DNA of 64,000 bases from Oscillospiraceae bacterium (GCA_015063845.1 SVTJ01000005.1:19454-83453), one strand, 5' to 3'. Shown: positions 25,489 to 35,750, counted from the first letter of the stretch. Notes: generated from the sequence alone by a model not told the origin. Numbers and translations are program-made.

Positions 25489-25529
25489 ATTTTTTTTGCC
25501 TATTTGGCAGATAATGGGGGTGTTTTAGT

Positions 25530-26048
25530 ATTAGCACAAAGGATATGATGATCAATGAGGAGATCAAATTCAAGGAAGTAAGAGTCGTTGGAGTTGACGG
25601 TGAGGCAATAGGCATAATGTCATCCGATGCCGCTTTGAAGATGGCATATGATCAGGGTTACGATCTGGTCTTGATGGCAGCGCAGGCACAGCCCCCCGTA
25701 TGTCGTATAATGGACTACGGTAAATACCGCTTCGACAGAGACAAGAAGGAAAAGGAAGCTAAGAAGAAGCAACAGACGGTTGAGCTCAAGGAGATCCAGC
25801 TTTCTTGCAGAATAGATACGCACGACTTTGAGACCAAGGCACGCCATGCCCACAAGTTCCTTGAGGCAGGCAACAAGGTAAGAGTAGTAATGCGCTTTAA
25901 GGGACGTGAGATGAGCCACGTTTCTATCGGACAGGAGATAATGACCAAGTTTGAGGAGAGCTGCAGCGACGTAGGAAGCGTTGACAAGAAGCCCGTTCTC
26001 GACGGAAGAATAATGAGCATGGTCATATCGCCTCTCAAGCTCAAATAA
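25530..26048 (+). CDS. infC: Translation initiation factor IF-3
   Basis: INEEIKFKEVRVVGVDGE.. is typical of IF-3. An in-frame ATT at 25530, 9 nt after GGGGG (25516-25520) and just after an in-frame TAA at 25512-25514, fits the conserved non-canonical infC start. The ATG at 25545 is the conservative alternative. Confidence 0.85.
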   Translation: MSTKDMMINEEIKFKEVRVVGVDGEAIGIMSSDAALKMAYDQGYDLVLMAAQAQPPVCRIMDYGKYRFDRDKKEKEAKKKQQTVELKEIQLSCRIDTHDFETKARHAHKFLEAGNKVRVVMRFKGREMSHVSIGQEIMTKFEESCSDVGSVDKKPVLDGRIMSMVISPLKLK

Positions 26049-26137
26049 ATTTGCTCGTATATGCGCGAGAGCGCGTTTATGATATAAGGCTTTACAGCCG
26101 CCACAAAATCTGATCAATAAAAAAGGAGATTATAAAA

Positions 26138-26332
26138 ATGGGAAAAGTAAAGACACATAAGGCATCTGCCAAGAGATTTTCTGTTACCGCTTCCGGTAAG
26201 GTAAAGATGGGCCACTGCCATCACAGACATAACACAGGTCTTAAGACCGCTAAGAGAAAGAGACACCTTCGTCAGAGCGCAATTCTTAGCGACGCAATGA
26301 CCGCAAACATCAGAACACTTATCCAGAAATAA
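26138..26332 (+). CDS. rpmI: 50S ribosomal protein L35
   Basis: MGKVKTHKASAKRF.. 64 aa, between infC and rplT. Confidence 0.95.
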   Translation: MGKVKTHKASAKRFSVTASGKVKMGHCHHRHNTGLKTAKRKRHLRQSAILSDAMTANIRTLIQK

Positions 26333-26361
26333 TTACGGAATAACAGAGGAGGAAATATAAA

Positions 26362-26715
26362 ATGGCAAGAATTAAGGGCGCAATGATGACGCGCAAGAGA
26401 AGAAATAAAGTTCTTAAGGCTGCAAAGGGTTACTGGGGCGCAAAGTCCAAGCACTTCAAGATGGCAAAGCAAGCTGTTCTCAAGAGCGGAAACTATGCTT
26501 TTGCAGGCAGAAAGATGAAGAAGAGAGACTTCCGCAGACTGTGGATCGCTCGTATAAACGCACAGGCAAAGGTCAACGGAATGAACTATTCCACATTTAT
26601 GCACGGTCTTAAGGTTGCCGGTATCGACCTCAACCGTAAGATGCTTGCTGATCTTGCAGTTTCCGATAAGGAAGCATTCGCAGCACTTGTTGAGAAGGCA
26701 AAGGCTGCTCTTTAA
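26362..26715 (+). CDS. rplT: 50S ribosomal protein L20
   Basis: [29 protein letters not shown].. 117 aa. Confidence 0.95.
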   Translation: MARIKGAMMTRKRRNKVLKAAKGYWGAKSKHFKMAKQAVLKSGNYAFAGRKMKKRDFRRLWIARINAQAKVNGMNYSTFMHGLKVAGIDLNRKMLADLAVSDKEAFAALVEKAKAAL

Positions 26716-26782
26716 TCAGAGCTGAAAAAGGGGTTGTTGCAAAAAGCGACAGCCTCTTATTTCTCTATTATTGGAGGACGCG

Positions 26783-27589
26783 ATGGACAAAAAACAGATA
26801 ATAACCTCACGGCAAAATCCGCTTGTAAAGTCAATATGCGCGCTCTCCGATAAGAAAAGGCGCGCCGAGAGCGGGCTTTTTCGAATAGACGGAAAAAAGC
26901 TTCTTGAGGAAGCGATAAGCTCGGGTATCTCCATAAAATACGTGGTGCTCAGAGAGGGCTGCGACGACAGTGTCCTTGAGCTTGCATCACGCGCAAGGGC
27001 GGATATCGTGAGTGTTTCCGAGAGCGTTTTTGAGAAGATGAGTGACGAGAGATCGCCCGAGGGCGTTATAACCGTTGCTTATATGCCGAGCGCGCTTCAC
27101 ACGACGGACGCGCGTGTATATGAAAATGAAAGCATACTCATCGCACAAGCGTTGAGAGACCCCGGAAACCTCGGTACGGTGATAAGAAGCGCATACGCGC
27201 TTGGTATAGACAAGCTCGTGCTCACGAGCGACTGCGCCGACCTCTACAACCCCAAGACGCAAAGAGCCGCAATGGGAGCGATATTCAAGCTTCCCACGGT
27301 CAGTATTCCTGCGGACGGGATAGAGGATTTTATAAGAGAGCTTATAAAAAGCGGCAGACGTGTTTACGCGACCGCGCTTCACGCGGATGCGCGAGATATC
27401 TCTGAGCTTGATATGAGGAGCGGAGACTGCTTCGTTATAGGCAACGAGGGTCACGGGCTGAGAAGCTCTACCGTAGATGTGTGTACAGCACCCGTCGTTA
27501 TACCCATGCGAGAGGGCGCGGAGTCGCTTAATGCGGCGGCTGCCGCGGCAATATGCATATGGGAAACGGTAAGAAACAAATCCAAGTAA
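26783..27589 (+). CDS. TrmH/SpoU-family RNA 2'-O-methyltransferase
   Basis: GGAGGA RBS precedes ATG 26783. SpoU motifs DPGNLGTVIRSA, IGNEGHGL and SLNAAAAAAI. Confidence 0.8.
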   Translation: MDKKQIITSRQNPLVKSICALSDKKRRAESGLFRIDGKKLLEEAISSGISIKYVVLREGCDDSVLELASRARADIVSVSESVFEKMSDERSPEGVITVAYMPSALHTTDARVYENESILIAQALRDPGNLGTVIRSAYALGIDKLVLTSDCADLYNPKTQRAAMGAIFKLPTVSIPADGIEDFIRELIKSGRRVYATALHADARDISELDMRSGDCFVIGNEGHGLRSSTVDVCTAPVVIPMREGAESLNAAAAAAICIWETVRNKSK

Positions 27590-27605
27590 AGGACGGCTCG
27601 AACAT

Positions 27606-28895
27606 ATGAAAGAGGGAAATAAGCTTTATTGGATATGGTTGTCGGAGAGGTTCGGAGCTGCGTCAAAGTCATTTTCCGCTTTTGCGGATAAGTATGACGA
27701 TCCATACGACGTTTATCGCTTGGAGAGCGAAGAGATAGAGCAGCTTGATGGCGTGAGCAACACGCTGAAGGCTCGTCTTTCGGACAAATCTCTTGATAAT
27801 GCGTATTCGATACTCAAATACTGTAAATCACATTCGATAGACATAATAGGGTACAGTGACAAGCGGTATCCGAAAAGACTGAAGGCTATCGAAGCACCGC
27901 CCGTGATGCTCTATTGTATGGGTAAGCTTCCCAATATGGACGATCGCTTGTGTATCGGCGTGGTAGGCACGAGAAAAATGAGCGAATACGGAAAGCAAAG
28001 TGCGTATAGAATATCATATGAGCTTGCTTGTGCCAACGTTTGCGTTGTCAGCGGAATGGCGCTTGGTGTTGACGGCGTCAGCGCTTGCGGCGCGCTGGAA
28101 GCGGGAGCTTGCACGGTGGCGGTCCTCGGCAGCGGTCTTGACGTTGTCTATCCCAAGGAGCACGATAAGCTTATGAGAGCTATCGCCAAAAGAGGCGCTG
28201 TTATAAGCGAGTATCCACCTTTTGAGAGACCGATTCCGTCAAACTTTCCCAAGAGAAACCGCATAATAAGCGGTCTTTGTCAGGGAATTCTTGTGGTTGA
28301 GGGAGCAAAGGGAAGCGGAGCACTCATAACGGCGGAACGCGCGATAGCGCAGGGCAGAGAGCTTTTTGCTATCCCCGGAAACGTCGACGAGAGCAATTCC
28401 GAGGGACCTAACGAGCTTATCAGAAACGGAGCAAACGTTGCGCTCGGAGCGTCGGATATAATAGAGCATTATGAGTTCCTTTATCACGACGCGATAGACC
28501 GTAAGGGCTATGCGAAGGCAAAGAAAAATTGCGAGAGCGCCGATAAGGCGATGGAAAAATACGGAGTTGTGTCGTCGCAATACCGCCCGAAAGTAAAGAA
28601 GACGGCTGCGGCGGAGAAGACCGTGCGCGCAAAAATTCCGCAGAGCCACGCGCAAGAGCCCGTGAAACAAACTGTGAAAGAAACGTACGTTCCCGATAGG
28701 TCCGAGGCAATACTCGCGTCACTTGACGACACGAGCAAAAAGGTGTTCGGTCTTATCCCCGACGGTACGTCGTTCTCACCCGATGCGATAGCCGCTCACG
28801 GCGTCGACATCACAGAAGTGATAACGGCTCTGACTATGCTGGAGATAAGCGGTCTTGTCAGCTCGTTACCCGGCGGAATGTACTTAAAGAAATGA
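27606..28895 (+). CDS. dprA: DNA-processing protein DprA (Smf)
   Basis: Rossmann-like DprA core (VGTRKMSEYG.., VVSGMALGVDG, IISGLCQGILVVEGAKGSGALITA). Upstream of topA as in Bacillus. Confidence 0.85.
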   Translation: MKEGNKLYWIWLSERFGAASKSFSAFADKYDDPYDVYRLESEEIEQLDGVSNTLKARLSDKSLDNAYSILKYCKSHSIDIIGYSDKRYPKRLKAIEAPPVMLYCMGKLPNMDDRLCIGVVGTRKMSEYGKQSAYRISYELACANVCVVSGMALGVDGVSACGALEAGACTVAVLGSGLDVVYPKEHDKLMRAIAKRGAVISEYPPFERPIPSNFPKRNRIISGLCQGILVVEGAKGSGALITAERAIAQGRELFAIPGNVDESNSEGPNELIRNGANVALGASDIIEHYEFLYHDAIDRKGYAKAKKNCESADKAMEKYGVVSSQYRPKVKKTAAAEKTVRAKIPQSHAQEPVKQTVKETYVPDRSEAILASLDDTSKKVFGLIPDGTSFSPDAIAAHGVDITEVITALTMLEISGLVSSLPGGMYLKK

Positions 28896-28928
28896 TAAAA
28901 CGTAAATAACCTGAAAGGAAACAAATAT

Positions 28929-31220
28929 ATGGCAAATCTTGTTATCGTGGAGTCACCCTCCAAGGCGGCAACAATAAAAGGATACCTCGGCTCGAACTAC
29001 AAGGTAGTAGCGTCCAAGGGACACGTAAGAGACTTACCCAAGAGCAAGCTCGGTGTTGACATAGAAAACGGCTTTGAGGCGCACTATATCAACATAAGAG
29101 GAAAGGGCGACCTTATAAAGGAGATCAAGAAGGAAGCAAAGAACGCAAACAAAGTCTTCTTCGCGACCGACCCTGACCGTGAGGGAGAGGCAATATCGTG
29201 GCACCTTGCTATCGCGCTCGGAATTCCCGTTGAGAATACGCTTCGCGTAAGCTTCAACGAGGTCACAAAGCCTGCCGTAAAGGCGGCGATCAAAGAGCCG
29301 AGAAATATAGATATGGACCTTGTAAACTCCCAGCAGGCGAGAAGAATACTTGACAGAATAGTCGGATATAAGCTTTCTCCGTTTCTCTGGAAGCACGTAA
29401 GAAGCGGTCTTTCCGCAGGACGCGTGCAGTCTGTTGCCACGAGAATAATCGTGGAGAGAGAGGAAGAGATAAGAAAGTTCGTTCCCGTTGAGTATTGGAC
29501 GGTCGATGCTATGCTTAAGTCGGGAGACCAGGAGTTTGCCGTAAGATTTTACGGTGACGAGCACGGCAAGATAAAGCTCAGCTGTGAGGCGGACGCTATG
29601 AAGGTCGTAGATGCTGTTAGCAAGAACGACTTCAAGGTGCTTTCCGTAAAGAAATCTAAGAAAAAGAAGATGCCCGCGCCTCCCTTTACCACCTCTACTA
29701 TGCAGCAGGAGGCATCGAGAAAGCTCGGCTTCCAGTCTCAGCGCATCATGAGAATAGCGCAGGAGCTTTACGAAGGCGTTAACGTAGGAGCGGAGAACGG
29801 TGGCGTTCAGGGTCTTATCACCTATATGCGTACCGACTCGCAGAGAGTATCTGCTCAGGCGCAGAGCGAGGCAAAGGAGTATATAGGCAACAAGTACGGA
29901 GAGAAGTACAACCCCTCGTCTCCCCGTTCCTATAAGACAAAGGCGGGCGCTCAGGACGCACACGAGGCGATACGTCCCTCGAGAGTTGACCTTGAGCCTG
30001 CAAAGATAAAGAAATACGTCACAAACGACCAGTTCAAGCTCTATAAGCTTATCTGGGAGAGATTTATAGCCAGCCAGATGGAGAGCGCGGTCCTCTCAAC
30101 TCTTACGGTCGATTTTGAGTCTGCGGGGTACGTTTTCAGGACCAGCGGATACACTGTTGATTTTCAGGGCTATATGGCTGTATATGAGGAGAGCGAGGAC
30201 GAGGTAAGAACGACTGCCGATGAGGTCAGCGAGCAGAAGAATATCCGTCTTCCCGCAGTCAAGGAAGGACAAAAGGTAGACTTTGCGGGTGTTGAGCCCA
30301 CAAAGCACTTCACAGAGCCCCCCGCAAGATATACCATCGCGTCGCTCACAAAGTTCTTTGAGGATAACGGCATAGGACGTCCCAGCACCTTTGCTACGAT
30401 AATCGATACCATTACGTCGAGAAACTACGTCAAGTTTGAGGGCAAGTCTCTTGTTCCCACACCAACGGGAGAGCTTACGAACAAGCTTATGAAGGAGAGC
30501 TTCCCCGATATCGTCGACTATGAGTTCACGGCGCGTATGGAGGATAGACTTGATAACATCAAGAACGGCGGTCTGACAATGGAAAGGGTACTTTCCGACT
30601 TCTGGAGCTCTTTTGGCGAGGAGCTTGAAAAGGCTAACGAGAAGCTTGAGAGCGAGGAGCTTGAGGTGCCCGTTGAGGAGACCGACATCATATGCGATAA
30701 GTGCGGAAGCACTATGATAGTTAAGAACGGACGCTACGGTAAATTTGCCGCTTGCCCCAACTACCCCACTTGTAGAAACACCAAGCCCTTGGTAAAGCCC
30801 AAGAGCGAGGAGAGCGAAGAGGGAGCTGAGCAAAAGAAGGTCGTTATTGCCGACTTCAAGTGTGAGAAGTGCGGCTCGGATATGGTGCAGAGAAGCGGAC
30901 GCTATGGCTCGTTCTTTGCGTGCAGCCGTTACCCCGAGTGTGACTTCACAAAGCAAAAGACAAGAGACATCGGCGTTCCTTGTCCTAAGTGCGGCTCTAA
31001 GATAGTTATGAAGACGGGTCGTCATAAGACGGTATTTTACAGCTGTGACAGATATCCCGAGTGCGACTTTTCCTCTTGGGATCTTCCCACGAACGAGAAG
31101 TGTCCCGACTGCGGAGAGATGCTCTTCCGCAAGAAAGGACAGTCGCAACTCGTTTGCCGCAAGGACGGCTGCGGATTCAAGAAGCCCTACGAGGCTTCTG
31201 AGGAGAAGTCGGGTCTCTGA
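28929..31220 (+). CDS. topA: DNA topoisomerase I
   Basis: TOPRIM start LVIVESPSKAATIKGYLG, active-site region GLITYMRTDS, and several C-terminal CxxC...C zinc ribbons. Confidence 0.95.
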   Translation: MANLVIVESPSKAATIKGYLGSNYKVVASKGHVRDLPKSKLGVDIENGFEAHYINIRGKGDLIKEIKKEAKNANKVFFATDPDREGEAISWHLAIALGIPVENTLRVSFNEVTKPAVKAAIKEPRNIDMDLVNSQQARRILDRIVGYKLSPFLWKHVRSGLSAGRVQSVATRIIVEREEEIRKFVPVEYWTVDAMLKSGDQEFAVRFYGDEHGKIKLSCEADAMKVVDAVSKNDFKVLSVKKSKKKKMPAPPFTTSTMQQEASRKLGFQSQRIMRIAQELYEGVNVGAENGGVQGLITYMRTDSQRVSAQAQSEAKEYIGNKYGEKYNPSSPRSYKTKAGAQDAHEAIRPSRVDLEPAKIKKYVTNDQFKLYKLIWERFIASQMESAVLSTLTVDFESAGYVFRTSGYTVDFQGYMAVYEESEDEVRTTADEVSEQKNIRLPAVKEGQKVDFAGVEPTKHFTEPPARYTIASLTKFFEDNGIGRPSTFATIIDTITSRNYVKFEGKSLVPTPTGELTNKLMKESFPDIVDYEFTARMEDRLDNIKNGGLTMERVLSDFWSSFGEELEKANEKLESEELEVPVEETDIICDKCGSTMIVKNGRYGKFAACPNYPTCRNTKPLVKPKSEESEEGAEQKKVVIADFKCEKCGSDMVQRSGRYGSFFACSRYPECDFTKQKTRDIGVPCPKCGSKIVMKTGRHKTVFYSCDRYPECDFSSWDLPTNEKCPDCGEMLFRKKGQSQLVCRKDGCGFKKPYEASEEKSGL

Positions 31221-32545
31221 TGGAAAATAAGTTGAAGATATACGGTGCGGGACTTGCAGGCTGCGAGGCGGCATGGCAGGCGGCAGAGCGGGGAGTATCG
31301 GTCGAGCTTTATGAAATGAAGCCTAAAAAGTACTCTCCCGCCCACCACTCCGAGGGCTTTGCCGAGCTGGTATGCTCGAATTCTCTGCGCTCGGACAGCA
31401 TCACCAATGCGGTCGGACTTCTCAAAGAGGAGCTTCGCCGTATGGGCTCTCTCGTTATGCAGGCGGCGGACGCAACTCGCGTGCCCGCGGGCTCGGCGCT
31501 TGCGGTGGACAGAGATAAGTTTTCCGCATATATAACCGAGAAGATAAGCAACCACCCGAATATCACCGTTATAAACGAGGAGATGTGCGAGGTCGGCGAC
31601 GGCGTTACGGTCATTGCCACAGGACCTCTCACCTCGGACAAGATGTCCGAATATATCAGTCGAGAGCTTGTCGGAGAGGGGCTGCATTTCTTTGATGCCG
31701 CCGCGCCGATAGTCGATGCTGATACCATAAATATGGATATCGCGTTTTTTGCGTCGAGATACGACAAGGGAGACGCCGATTATATCAACTGTCCGATGAG
31801 CGAGGAGCAGTACAATGCCTTTTGGCAGGAGCTTATTGGGGCGAAAGAGGCGGAGCTTAAGGACTTTGACAAGGATGAGCAGAAAAAGCTCAAGGTCTTT
31901 GAGGGCTGTATGCCCGTCGAGGTCATGGCAAAGAGAGGAAGAGACACGCTGCTGTTTGGTCCGCTCAAGCCCGTAGGACTTGTCGACAAGCGAGTTGGCA
32001 AAACATCGCATGCTGTCGTTCAGCTTCGCAGAGAGAATGCAGAGGGAACTATGTATAATCTCGTGGGCTTCCAGACTCACCTGACATTCCCCGAGCAGAG
32101 GAGAGTGTTCAGAATGATCCCGGGTCTTGAGAACGCGGAGTTCCTCAGATACGGCATAATGCATAGAAACACCTATATAAATTCTCCCGAAAAGCTTGAC
32201 GCTACTTACAATCTGCTGTCACGAGACAACGTGTATTTTGCGGGACAGATGACTGGTGTTGAGGGATATATCGAGTCGTGCGGCTCGGGCTTTGTGGCAG
32301 GACTTAATGCCGCAAGACGTGTGCTCGGACAGGAGAGCATCGTGTTTCCGAGAACGACTATGATAGGAGCTATGGCAAGCTACGTGTCGCATGGCGGCAA
32401 TACAGACTTTGTGCCTATGAACGCAAACTTCGGTATTATCGAGCCGTTGCCTATGAGGGTAAAGGGCGGCAAAATAGCAAAATACGAAAAATACGCCGAG
32501 AGAGCCTTGGCGGAGATAGACGTCATCAAGCAAAAAATGATGTAA
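31220..32545 (+). CDS. trmFO: Methylenetetrahydrofolate--tRNA-(uracil-5-)-methyltransferase TrmFO
   Basis: GAGLAGCEAAWQ FAD motif and 441 aa. The ATG overlaps the topA TGA by 1 nt (TGATG). Confidence 0.9.
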   Translation: MENKLKIYGAGLAGCEAAWQAAERGVSVELYEMKPKKYSPAHHSEGFAELVCSNSLRSDSITNAVGLLKEELRRMGSLVMQAADATRVPAGSALAVDRDKFSAYITEKISNHPNITVINEEMCEVGDGVTVIATGPLTSDKMSEYISRELVGEGLHFFDAAAPIVDADTINMDIAFFASRYDKGDADYINCPMSEEQYNAFWQELIGAKEAELKDFDKDEQKKLKVFEGCMPVEVMAKRGRDTLLFGPLKPVGLVDKRVGKTSHAVVQLRRENAEGTMYNLVGFQTHLTFPEQRRVFRMIPGLENAEFLRYGIMHRNTYINSPEKLDATYNLLSRDNVYFAGQMTGVEGYIESCGSGFVAGLNAARRVLGQESIVFPRTTMIGAMASYVSHGGNTDFVPMNANFGIIEPLPMRVKGGKIAKYEKYAERALAEIDVIKQKMM

Positions 32546-32557
32546 AAAGAGGTAAGC

Positions 32558-33265
32558 ATGATGCAGAACACGGATATTTCGCTTCTTGAGAGAGCGATAG
32601 GTTATACCTTTAAGGACAAAAGAATACTTAAGGAAGCTTTGACGCATTCTTCGTATGCTCACGAGCTGAGAAGCAAGAGGATAGAGACGCAGTGCAACGA
32701 ACGTCTTGAATTTCTCGGCGATTCCGTGCTCTCTATCGTTACGAGCGAGTATCTGTTTTCAAAGTATACCGATCTGCCCGAGGGCGACCTTACTCATATG
32801 CGCGCGGCTCTCGTTCAGTCGCAAGCGCTTGCTAAGTATGCAAGAGGTATAGGGCTTGGACAGTTTTTGTACGTTGGTAACGGTGAAGAAAGAAACCGTG
32901 ACCAGCAGTCAATACTTGAGGACGCATTTGAAGCTCTTTTGGCGGCTATGTACCTTGATGCCGCCGAAAACGGACTTGACGTGATAAGAGCGTTTTTGCT
33001 TCCCATAATCAAAAAGGAGCTCGAGGAGAATAGCACGCGTACCTTCTATGCGGACGCTAAGACCGAGCTTCAGCAGCTTACGCAGATAAGCGACGGAGCG
33101 ACACCCGTTTACCGAGTAATAGGTGAGAGCGGACCCGATCATCAGAAGACCTTTGAGGTCGAGGTTATGCTTAATTCTAACGTTATCGGTCACGGCAAGG
33201 GACGCTCAAAGCGCGAGGCGGAACAAAACGCCGCTCGCGAAGCACTCGAATTGTTTGGTGTATAG
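32558..33265 (+). CDS. rnc: Ribonuclease III
   Basis: Signature NERLEFLGDSVL and a C-terminal dsRBD (GPDHQKTFEVEV..GKGRSKREAEQNAA). Confidence 0.95.
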   Translation: MMQNTDISLLERAIGYTFKDKRILKEALTHSSYAHELRSKRIETQCNERLEFLGDSVLSIVTSEYLFSKYTDLPEGDLTHMRAALVQSQALAKYARGIGLGQFLYVGNGEERNRDQQSILEDAFEALLAAMYLDAAENGLDVIRAFLLPIIKKELEENSTRTFYADAKTELQQLTQISDGATPVYRVIGESGPDHQKTFEVEVMLNSNVIGHGKGRSKREAEQNAAREALELFGV

Positions 33266-33773
33266 AGGACGCGAGGATGCGAGGACGCGGAGACGCGTTG
33301 AGGGGGACTTTCTTGAAAGAAAGTCCCCCTCAAACTCCCCCAAAGAACTTTAAAACGAAATTGTTATTGGTGTAGCCGTAAGAAAAGATATAACTTTATT
33401 GGTTTACTTATAAGGAAAAAACTCGTCGGACGATAGATCACCGACGAGTTTTATTTTTATGGGTATTGTATATGAATGCGTAAGAATTAAATACACGAGC
33501 CCGAATGAATAATGATAAATTAGGATTTATGGGGGGTGTTTGTGTTGTAAAACGGGTCGTCGAGGACAACTTCGTACCGAGTTTTCTTCGAAAACATCGG
33601 TCGACCCCTACAATGGATAGAGCGAACATATTCGCATCAGATGTTGTTTGATGTGCATTTGATGGAAAATATGTTTATGTTTTATGGTGAATTCTATTAG
33701 GAGCGTGTAGGGGTCGACGTCCTCGTCGACCCGTTTTACAACACAAACACAATACACCGATAAATCCTAATTT
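33266..33773. repeat. Composite repeat locus 3, module order A(4 units)-B-C-G
   Basis: The 8-mers at 33266-33297 begin at the base after the rnc TAG. Hairpin B at 33298-33333, terminator at 33422-33459, foldback G at 33517-33773. Confidence 0.95.
33517..33773. repeat. Module G: 257-bp foldback with about 50-nt inverted ends and a GTAG-headed palindrome
   Basis: The left end AAATTAGGATTTATGGGGGGTGTTTGTGTTGTAAAACGGGTCGTCGAGGAC aligns with the reverse complement of the right end ..GTCCTCGTCGACCCGTTTTACAACACAAACACAATACACCGATAAATCCTAATTT. GTAGGGGTCGACGTCCTCGTCGACCC at 33707-33732, and an inverted partial copy at 33599-33611. Confidence 0.85.
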
Positions 33774-33782
33774 ATACAACAA

Positions 33783-33810
33783 AAAGCACAAGGCGAAAGC
33801 CTTGTGCTTT
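33783..33810. terminator. Bidirectional intrinsic terminator between the rnc side and ygiQ
   Basis: 12-bp stem AAAGCACAAGGC/GCCTTGTGCTTT with a GAAA loop, flanked by A-run and T-run. Confidence 0.8.
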
Positions 33811-33812
33811 TA

Positions 33813-35750
33813 TTATTTTTTCTTGGTTTTGTTTTTTGCGTGGACGTTCTTTTTTGTTTCGTGATTTGAGCGTTTTGTCGGGGCGTACTGCTTCTTTGCT
33901 CCTTGTTTATCGCGCTTCTGCGGCTGCTTTGCGTTGTTCTTTTGATATGCCTGCCTTTCGGGGCGCACCAGACATTCCTCTCCGTAGCCGATAAGGTCCT
34001 CTCGCCCGAGCTTTATGAGCGCCTCTCGCACAAGAGGAGCGTTCTGCGGTCGGTTATACTGCAAAAGAGCTCTTTGAAGCTGCTTTTCGTGGTAGTCTGT
34101 CGCAACGTAGACCTTTTTCATCGTGAGTGGGTCTATGCCCGTTTTAAACATTACCGTCGACGCAGTTCCGGGGGTGGGATAATAGTCCTGCACCTGCTCG
34201 GGCGCATAGTGGTCACGCTTCAGACACAGCGCAAGCTCAAGCGCGTCTTTGAGCGTAGAGCCGGGGTGGCTGGACATAAGGTAGGGAACAAGATACTGCT
34301 CCTTTCCCACTTCCTTGGTAAGCTTGAAGTATTTTGCTCTGAAGCTCTGATATACCGAGAAATCGGGCTTGCCCATACAGCGCAGCACCGCAGACGAGCA
34401 GTGCTCGGGAGCGACCTTGAGCTGACCGCTGACGTTGTCACGCACGAGCTTACGGAAGAAGGTATCGTCCTCGTCGTGCATAAGATAATCAAAGCGAATT
34501 CCCGAACGGATAAACACCTTTTTTATCTTGGGGAGCTTTTCTATCTCCTCGATGAGCCTTACGTATTCCGAGTGGTCGGCGACAAGATTTTTACAGGGCG
34601 TGGGAGAAAGGCACTTTCTTGACGAGCAAACGCCGTCGCGCAGCTGCTTCTCGCAAGCGGGGTAGCGGAAGTTAGCGGTAGGGCCGCCAACGTCGTGTAT
34701 ATAACCCTTAAAATCGGGAAGCTCCGTTATCTTTTTAGCCTCAGCCACAACGCTCTCTATGCTTCGCGAGCGCACGGTACGGCCTTGGTGAAAGGCGAGT
34801 GCGCAGAAGTTGCACGCGCCAAAGCAGCCTCGGTTGTGCGTAATCGAGAATTTGACCTCAGCTATGGCGGGGACACCGCCGTCCTTTTGATATATGGGGT
34901 GATAGTCTCGCATATACGGAAGAGAGTAAACTCTGTCAAGCTCCTCTCTCTCAAGAGGAGGCATAGGCGGATTTTGAACGAGTATTTTGTTGTCGTATCT
35001 CTCGACTATCGCCTTACCGTTTATGGCGTCCTGATTTTTGTATTGTATGCCGAATGCCTCGGCGTATTTTCTGTCGTCGGTCTTAAGCTCGTTGTAGTCA
35101 AATTCCGCCGCGACGGGGAAGTGGAGCTTATCCTCGGGGGTGGTGAGATAGACAGTACCCCTGACGTCGTGTATCTTTTTGACGGGCACACCTTTGTCAA
35201 GCAGCTTTGCTATGCGAATGAGAATATTCTCTCCCATACCGTACGTGAGAATGTCCGCGCGGCTGTCGACGAGTATCGAGCGGCGGACGGTGTCCGACCA
35301 GTAGTCGTAGTGAGCGAAACGGCGCAAGGACGCTTCGAGACCGCCTATGATTATAGGCACGTCGCCATATGCCTCTCGGATACGGTTACAGTAAACGATA
35401 GTTGCTCTGTCGGGGCGGAGACCCGCCTTGCCGCCTGCGGAGTAGTAATCGTAAGTACGCTTTTTCTTGGCGGCGGTATAGTGAGCCACCATAGAGTCGA
35501 TATTTCCCGCCGTGACAAGAAATCCAAGGCGCGGCTTGCCAAACTCTCGAAACGCCTCGCAACTCTTGTAGTCGGGCTGCGAAAGTATGGCAACGCGGAA
35601 GCCCTCTGCCTCGAGAACTCGCGATATTATCGACACGCCGAAGCTCGGGTGGTCAACGTAGGCGTCTCCCGTGACGTAAACGAAATCGGGTCTTGACCAT
35701 CCAAGCTCATTCATATTCTGTTTTGAGATAGGCAAAAACCCTTCGTACAT
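33813..35750 (-). CDS. YgiQ-family radical SAM protein (UPF0313)
   Basis: N-terminus WSRPDFVYVTGDAYVDHPSFG is typical of YgiQ. Radical-SAM cysteine motif CFGACNFC. Lys-rich C-terminal tail. Confidence 0.8.
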   Translation of the reverse strand: MYEGFLPISKQNMNELGWSRPDFVYVTGDAYVDHPSFGVSIISRVLEAEGFRVAILSQPDYKSCEAFREFGKPRLGFLVTAGNIDSMVAHYTAAKKKRTYDYYSAGGKAGLRPDRATIVYCNRIREAYGDVPIIIGGLEASLRRFAHYDYWSDTVRRSILVDSRADILTYGMGENILIRIAKLLDKGVPVKKIHDVRGTVYLTTPEDKLHFPVAAEFDYNELKTDDRKYAEAFGIQYKNQDAINGKAIVERYDNKILVQNPPMPPLEREELDRVYSLPYMRDYHPIYQKDGGVPAIAEVKFSITHNRGCFGACNFCALAFHQGRTVRSRSIESVVAEAKKITELPDFKGYIHDVGGPTANFRYPACEKQLRDGVCSSRKCLSPTPCKNLVADHSEYVRLIEEIEKLPKIKKVFIRSGIRFDYLMHDEDDTFFRKLVRDNVSGQLKVAPEHCSSAVLRCMGKPDFSVYQSFRAKYFKLTKEVGKEQYLVPYLMSSHPGSTLKDALELALCLKRDHYAPEQVQDYYPTPGTASTVMFKTGIDPLTMKKVYVATDYHEKQLQRALLQYNRPQNAPLVREALIKLGREDLIGYGEECLVRPERQAYQKNNAKQPQKRDKQGAKKQYAPTKRSNHETKKNVHAKNKTKKK

